Source of the DNA: Candidatus Heimdallarchaeota archaeon
GTDB taxonomy: Archaea > Asgardarchaeota > Heimdallarchaeia > Heimdallarchaeales > Kariarchaeaceae
Reading direction: 5' to 3'
Assembly: GCA_030149205.1 (NCBI GenBank)
Contig: JASBSB010000007.1
Location: 360,001 to 392,000, forward strand
Length of the DNA: 32,000 nt
Positions 27,373 to 32,000 of the stretch are shown here, one piece after another (position 1 is the first letter of the stretch; each line of letters starts with the position of its first letter). Below the pieces are notes generated by a model. That model had not been told where the DNA came from and ran no database searches. It was given only the letters and a program-made list of their open reading frames with translations. The translations under genes were made by a program, and so were the position numbers.

Positions 27373-29820
27373 ATGATATTGAGGAAAACTATACAAATCA
27401 CGTTTTTATTCCTCCTTATCAGCATAAGTCCTACCTTGTCTTTTGTTCTCCCTACAGCTCCAACAATTTTCATTTTAGCTGTTTCGCCCCCAGCTCCAAC
27501 ACCATTTTCATCAACAGTGTCACTTGAATATGGGATGAGCGGATATACAGTTGATTGGAGTATTTCACAATCAATGGCCCCTGCTAGCTACAGAATCTTT
27601 CAAAATGGAACAGATATTACCGGAAATCTCACGTTCCCCAAGAGCAAAAAAGGTTCAGTCAGTTTAAATGGTCTTACACCTGGTTTTTATAATTTTACAA
27701 TCTTAGCCGCAAATGATCAAGGTTTGGGGACTTCACAGGTGAATGTAACAGTATGTCCTAATCAGGCACCCCAAATTTCGAAATCTGCAAATTCAGTGAC
27801 CTATGAAGTGGGGACAACAGGGAATATTCTTTCATGGCTAGTTACAGATTTCTGGATAAAAAATTATACCTTAATTCAGTCAAATTCTACAAGCTCTAGT
27901 GTCCTATCTTCTAACTCCTTTCTCACAAGAACACCAATGTATAATCTCACGCAAAATGTTGACGGGTTGTTGGTCAACCAGACATATGTATATTCATTGT
28001 CCGTTTTTGATCAACTTGGAAATAAAGCACAGTCAAACATCTCTGTTTCAGTAGTTAAAAATACGCCACCAAGGATTGAATACAATTCAACAGACGTTTC
28101 ACTGTTTTACTACCATCAAAGTGGCACTATTCTCTGGTGGAAATTGCAAGATTCCATGCCTGATAGATATTTGATTTTACTTGACAATATGATTGTAAGA
28201 AATAGTACATGGATTTCTGGGGATAACATTACCTACACTCTGCCAAATTTGTTGGTGGGAAATCACAACATTACCCTTACTGTCTCAGATAAACAGGGAA
28301 TCGCCTCTAATGCAATTCGAAACATACAAATTCAACCAGAAGCCACTTTTACTCCCGAACAAAATATCCAAAATAAATACCACATAAATCAAGTTTATCA
28401 AATAACTGGGTATTGGCTTTTCTCAAATAGAACTGGTGTACCAAAGGCAAGGGTCAACCTTACCCTATTTAACCAAACCACATCAGAGGTGATCCTTAGT
28501 CTTAATTCTACCACAGATTCGAAAGGGAACTTTTCATTCTCCTTAGATTTAAGGTCGGTACCATTTGGGACTACAGCATTAAACCTTACAATAAATAAAT
28601 ATGGTGCTGTAAATCGCACAAGGGTGTACCAGACGGAAATTTACCCTCTGAATATTTCAATACGATTTACCTCTCAAAAAGTTCTAAATGCTGGGGAGAG
28701 GTTTGATTACAGTTTTCTGTTGGGTTTAACATATCAATACTCTATTGAAACAGGTTTACAGCAGATCTATAGAGTTAGTGTGAATTTTACTCTGTTGTAT
28801 CTCAACAGCACAGTGAAAGTCATACAATATAATTTGACCTCATCTGATTTAGGGATTTTCAACGGATATCTCTCAGCAACAACTACACGTGGATTAAAAG
28901 AGCTCCAAGGTGTCAGCATTCAGGTTCCAGGTAGTCGTTTATACAGGCAGACTTATTTCAAAGTCCCACAGATCCTCCTTACATCTATTGTTATAAACTT
29001 GAATAATGGAACCACGAGATTAACCCAGCCACCGACATCCCCCCCTCTCTCGACACCAACGTTATCTCAAAACACCATGTTTTCATTAAATCGAGAAATT
29101 TTAGCAGTGGTTCTGGTCCTTATATCTGTTATATTCTTATCCTTTTCAGTTTATGGGATAAATTTATATTCAAAACGGAATTTAAGGAAATTTAAGGGCC
29201 TTGAGTTGTTTCTCTCCAATCTACAGGGATTCATTCTTCGGACAAATTATGGTGTTCCTATAATGAGCTTTTTTCAAAACCCAGGGATGGAGGGTGCACT
29301 TGTTTCTGGATTAACAACTGCCTTCTCCACTATGCTCGGAGAGCTTGAAATATCTTCAGAGAAGGGCTTTGAGAGCATGAAAGGGGAATTAGGTGAGATC
29401 ATGACACATAAGCTTGAAAACACGTCAATCATCTTGATCTTTGATCGTGAACCTAAGAACGAATATTACACAAAAATTGCAGAGTGCCATCTCAAGATTG
29501 AGGAGATTGTTAATGGAAGCTCTGATGACCCTAGATTCTTTCAAGTTAAAAGGAAAGAGATTATGGCCGTTTTCCACGATTTTCAGCTTCCTATTGAATT
29601 CATTCATATGAAACAGGTTCAAGTTGTAGATAAACTTCCAGATACCTTCTCTCAAACACAGTTGGAGAGGGTTTTGTTGCACCATTATACCGAGGGTTCA
29701 TCATTTTATCTAATGGATCTCTTAAAAGAATTAACCCATAAAAAACTAAATTTTGAAGATACCTTAAATAGAATCTTCTATTATGAGGTAAATGGTTATA
29801 TTACGTTCTTACAGGAGTAG
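27373..29820 (+). CDS. Single-pass membrane protein: signal peptide, tandem Ig-like domains, TM helix, cytoplasmic longin-like domain
   Basis: N-terminal hydrophobic leader, three W...Y...L-x-x-G-x-Y/H-N-x-T modules and a TM helix at about 29098-29169. The cytoplasmic part reads GFILRT-VPIMSF-GALVSGLTTAFSTMLGEL-FESMK-EIMTHK-SIILIFD-helix-helix. Confidence 0.7.
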   Translation: MILRKTIQITFLFLLISISPTLSFVLPTAPTIFILAVSPPAPTPFSSTVSLEYGMSGYTVDWSISQSMAPASYRIFQNGTDITGNLTFPKSKKGSVSLNGLTPGFYNFTILAANDQGLGTSQVNVTVCPNQAPQISKSANSVTYEVGTTGNILSWLVTDFWIKNYTLIQSNSTSSSVLSSNSFLTRTPMYNLTQNVDGLLVNQTYVYSLSVFDQLGNKAQSNISVSVVKNTPPRIEYNSTDVSLFYYHQSGTILWWKLQDSMPDRYLILLDNMIVRNSTWISGDNITYTLPNLLVGNHNITLTVSDKQGIASNAIRNIQIQPEATFTPEQNIQNKYHINQVYQITGYWLFSNRTGVPKARVNLTLFNQTTSEVILSLNSTTDSKGNFSFSLDLRSVPFGTTALNLTINKYGAVNRTRVYQTEIYPLNISIRFTSQKVLNAGERFDYSFLLGLTYQYSIETGLQQIYRVSVNFTLLYLNSTVKVIQYNLTSSDLGIFNGYLSATTTRGLKELQGVSIQVPGSRLYRQTYFKVPQILLTSIVINLNNGTTRLTQPPTSPPLSTPTLSQNTMFSLNREILAVVLVLISVIFLSFSVYGINLYSKRNLRKFKGLELFLSNLQGFILRTNYGVPIMSFFQNPGMEGALVSGLTTAFSTMLGELEISSEKGFESMKGELGEIMTHKLENTSIILIFDREPKNEYYTKIAECHLKIEEIVNGSSDDPRFFQVKRKEIMAVFHDFQLPIEFIHMKQVQVVDKLPDTFSQTQLERVLLHHYTEGSSFYLMDLLKELTHKKLNFEDTLNRIFYYEVNGYITFLQE

Positions 29821-29920
29821 CTTAAACACTTGATTAAAACTTGAAAAACGATATAACACAAAAAATTCAGTTCATTTCTATACGCTTTGTCGGAACGATG
29901 TAAATTTTTCCTCTTTTCTT

Positions 29921-30424
29921 TTAACTCATTACCACAATCTTCCAATATAGATCTGAAGCTGTAGAGTTGAAAACCTCTTTTCCATTGCTTGTCTTCCCAA
30001 CAAATCGATGAGCTCTTGCATCCCATCGTAGGTCAAGGCTCTTATCAACCAGAAAATCAACATTGATATTCAAAAGATATCTCTGTGCTATCAGTCCTTC
30101 AATCTTGTATCGTGCTAACATTAGTAGGACTAAAACAGCGAGGCATAAAACAACAATGATTAAACTCAGACTCACCAATCCCTGAACGGACTGTATATTA
30201 ACCCCAACCCTGGTGAAAAAGTCAATCCAGAACTTGTCTGTTGAATTGGTTGATATAGTTGGATTCCCTCCCGATCCCAAAAAGATCTCCTTTTTAATCT
30301 CTTCAGCTATTAACAAAATTGTGCTTAGAAAGATGAGGTAGGTGGTTATAGTACCTATCTTTAAGACTTGTAAACTTTTCTCAAATTCATTTGCTGGCGT
30401 ATTAATGTTCTCTTTTATTCTCAT
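29921..30424 (-). CDS. Hypothetical two-TM membrane protein
   Basis: Two hydrophobic segments. The start abuts the stop of the upstream minus-strand gene (30424/30425). Confidence 0.65.
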   Translation of the reverse strand: MRIKENINTPANEFEKSLQVLKIGTITTYLIFLSTILLIAEEIKKEIFLGSGGNPTISTNSTDKFWIDFFTRVGVNIQSVQGLVSLSLIIVVLCLAVLVLLMLARYKIEGLIAQRYLLNINVDFLVDKSLDLRWDARAHRFVGKTSNGKEVFNSTASDLYWKIVVMS

Positions 30425-30790
30425 TCACTCACGCCCCCCAGAAAGCATGCTAAAAAGAACCTCGGTGACTCTCTCTCCCGCCTCAGTACATGCTTCTATG
30501 AGTTTTAAGCAATTTGAGTGATTTTGGTTGAGTTGAACCAACTGATTCTTTTTACTAAGACTTTGAATATTAATTATATTTTCATTTTCAAGCTCTTCTA
30601 AAGCTCTGTTTTTGTAGATGTACTTAGATTTTGGAGAATATCCAGCAATTAAAGAGAGTTCACTCGCAGTGACCCTCTTTGGATAAATATGAGCAAGTGC
30701 CAAAATGAGTGATCGCTTAAATTCTCCCACTTGCTGCAAAAACATGATCAGCTCATACACCTCTGCAAGGTTTAATTTACTCTCATTCAT
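30425..30790 (-). CDS. Winged helix-turn-helix protein
   Basis: KRSLILALAHIYPKRVTASELSLIAGYS...ALEELENENII followed by a beta-hairpin. ATGA overlap with the upstream gene. Confidence 0.65.
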   Translation of the reverse strand: MNESKLNLAEVYELIMFLQQVGEFKRSLILALAHIYPKRVTASELSLIAGYSPKSKYIYKNRALEELENENIINIQSLSKKNQLVQLNQNHSNCLKLIEACTEAGERVTEVLFSMLSGGRE

Positions 30791-31212
30791 CTCAAATTCA
30801 GAGTGTATGGGGGGGTATTAAATGATTTCGCCATCCATACCTCAAATGTAATTGAGTCCGGTAATGCTAAAGGTTTCAAACTTTGCACTGTTTGATATAG
30901 GGTTGGGGCATATGTCTCGACGTGTGATCCGGAAGTGATGGTGTGTTTGGTGACAACTTGAAGATCAATGGTTGAGAGACCCCATAGTTTTCCCTCATCC
31001 CCCAGTATGTGTGCGCTGAACAAAGAGGAACTTGGGGTTGTGATAACTAGCTGATTTTTGGTCTTAATCATCAATGTAATGATCACTTGATGCGTCTTTG
31101 TATCAAATTCTGCCTTGATGATCTCAAATACAAAATCTGTGGCGTTATAATTGACTGCTGCAATAACCCCTGCACTAATAATGATCCCGATCAAAAAGTA
31201 AGTATATTTCAC
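30787..31212 (-). CDS. Hypothetical secreted or N-terminally anchored beta-rich protein
   Basis: MKYTYFLIGIIISAGVIAAV leader followed by a beta-strand-like body. First gene of a coupled three-gene unit. Confidence 0.65.
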   Translation of the reverse strand: MKYTYFLIGIIISAGVIAAVNYNATDFVFEIIKAEFDTKTHQVIITLMIKTKNQLVITTPSSSLFSAHILGDEGKLWGLSTIDLQVVTKHTITSGSHVETYAPTLYQTVQSLKPLALPDSITFEVWMAKSFNTPPYTLNLR

Positions 31213-31378
31213 AAGTAATCTTTTCTCATAAACTTATTTGACACTATTTGTGTACCTCTGTACACTTATATCCATAGTTGCAACATGATAAAGAACTGAT
31301 GGAATTTTTATCGATTGTTCGATATATTCTGTTGAGTAATCTCAATTCTTTTATAGATTTAAACAGTTTGAGGTTGAA

Positions 31379-31912
31379 ATGGATAATGGGACTTTATCTA
31401 ATGAATTTACCTCGAAAGAGATGAATATACTTCAGAACTGGGAGCGTCGACTTCAACGAGGATTCCTCTCATTTATTATTTTAAAGAATTTTATGAATCT
31501 TGAAAATGGTGAACCGATAAAGCTTAACGGTCAGGGAATTAAAAACAAGATTAAAACTCGAACAAGAGGAATGTGGTCTCCGTCTCCCGGCTCAATTTAT
31601 CCCATTCTAGCGGAAATGGAAAAACAGGGGATTATTCAACAAACAGAGTCAGAAAACAACAAAAACAAGAATTATGCGGCAACCGATTTTGGAGTCCGCC
31701 TTTACACCACCCTGGTTGAGAATGCCATGTTGTTTCGCCCTCCTATTCACGAATCATCCCCTTCAGTGATTGATATGAATAAATTGATCAGAAGAAATTT
31801 GGATTCATTATCGTTAAGAGAGGTCAAAACACTTTTTGAGGATTTAAAATCACGATTAGAATTTATGGAATCTTATTTAAAAGAGCGCATAATCACAGAT
31901 AAGGAATATTAG
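31379..31912 (+). CDS. PadR family transcriptional regulator
   Basis: RGFLSFIILK, WSPSPGSIYPILAEMEKQGII and KNYAATDFG. Confidence 0.85.
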   Translation: MDNGTLSNEFTSKEMNILQNWERRLQRGFLSFIILKNFMNLENGEPIKLNGQGIKNKIKTRTRGMWSPSPGSIYPILAEMEKQGIIQQTESENNKNKNYAATDFGVRLYTTLVENAMLFRPPIHESSPSVIDMNKLIRRNLDSLSLREVKTLFEDLKSRLEFMESYLKERIITDKEY

Positions 31913-32000
31913 GTAGGTATCTCACGCATTCGGTCTTTTGTTAAAGAGATATATCCAATAATCGACGGACAACTAATATATATTTATCGAATAATCGATA

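Noticed and set aside
1370-30026. Other short ORFs in the track that lie inside long genes (e.g. 1370, 2541, 9245, 11306, 15021, 16689, 18998, 21557, 28398, 29425)
   Set aside because: They overlap well-supported genes on the opposite strand or another frame and show no motifs.
1-32000. CRISPR array, tRNA, rRNA, IS or integrase
   Set aside because: No regularly spaced repeat-spacer series, cloverleaf, rRNA-like tract, or transposase/recombinase motif was seen by eye. A tRNAscan/Infernal run would be the real test.

Overview
Accessory region of a probable archaeon. An Asgard lineage such as Heimdallarchaeia is inferred from PGF-CTERM-like sorting tails and a longin-like cytoplasmic domain; no marker gene is in the window. 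(1) 1-7150 is the tail of a defence island: a 5'-truncated DUF4357-like ORF, type I restriction subunit hsdR, then two AT-rich ORFs (DUF5677/HEPN-like and a large NERD/PD-(D/E)XK nuclease-like protein). (2) 7412-18690 holds four paralogous secreted beta-helix (NosD/CASH-type) surface proteins, each with an Ig-like module, Pro/Thr linker and PGF-CTERM-like anchor. A ravA-viaA pair interrupts the array, which is followed by a truncated nucleotidyltransferase, a GNAT and a decayed fifth beta-helix gene missed by the ORF track. (3) 18861-27186 has an ArsB/NhaD-type permease, a DinB-like protein, mgtA, an AT-rich decayed patch, a stand-alone 3'-5' exonuclease and an MDR oxidoreductase. (4) 27373-31912 has a single-pass receptor-like protein (Ig-like ectodomain, cytoplasmic longin-like domain) and a three-gene minus-strand operon divergent from a PadR regulator. 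I saw no rRNA, tRNA, CRISPR array, integrase or transposase. All family calls come from motif recognition by eye, not database searches.
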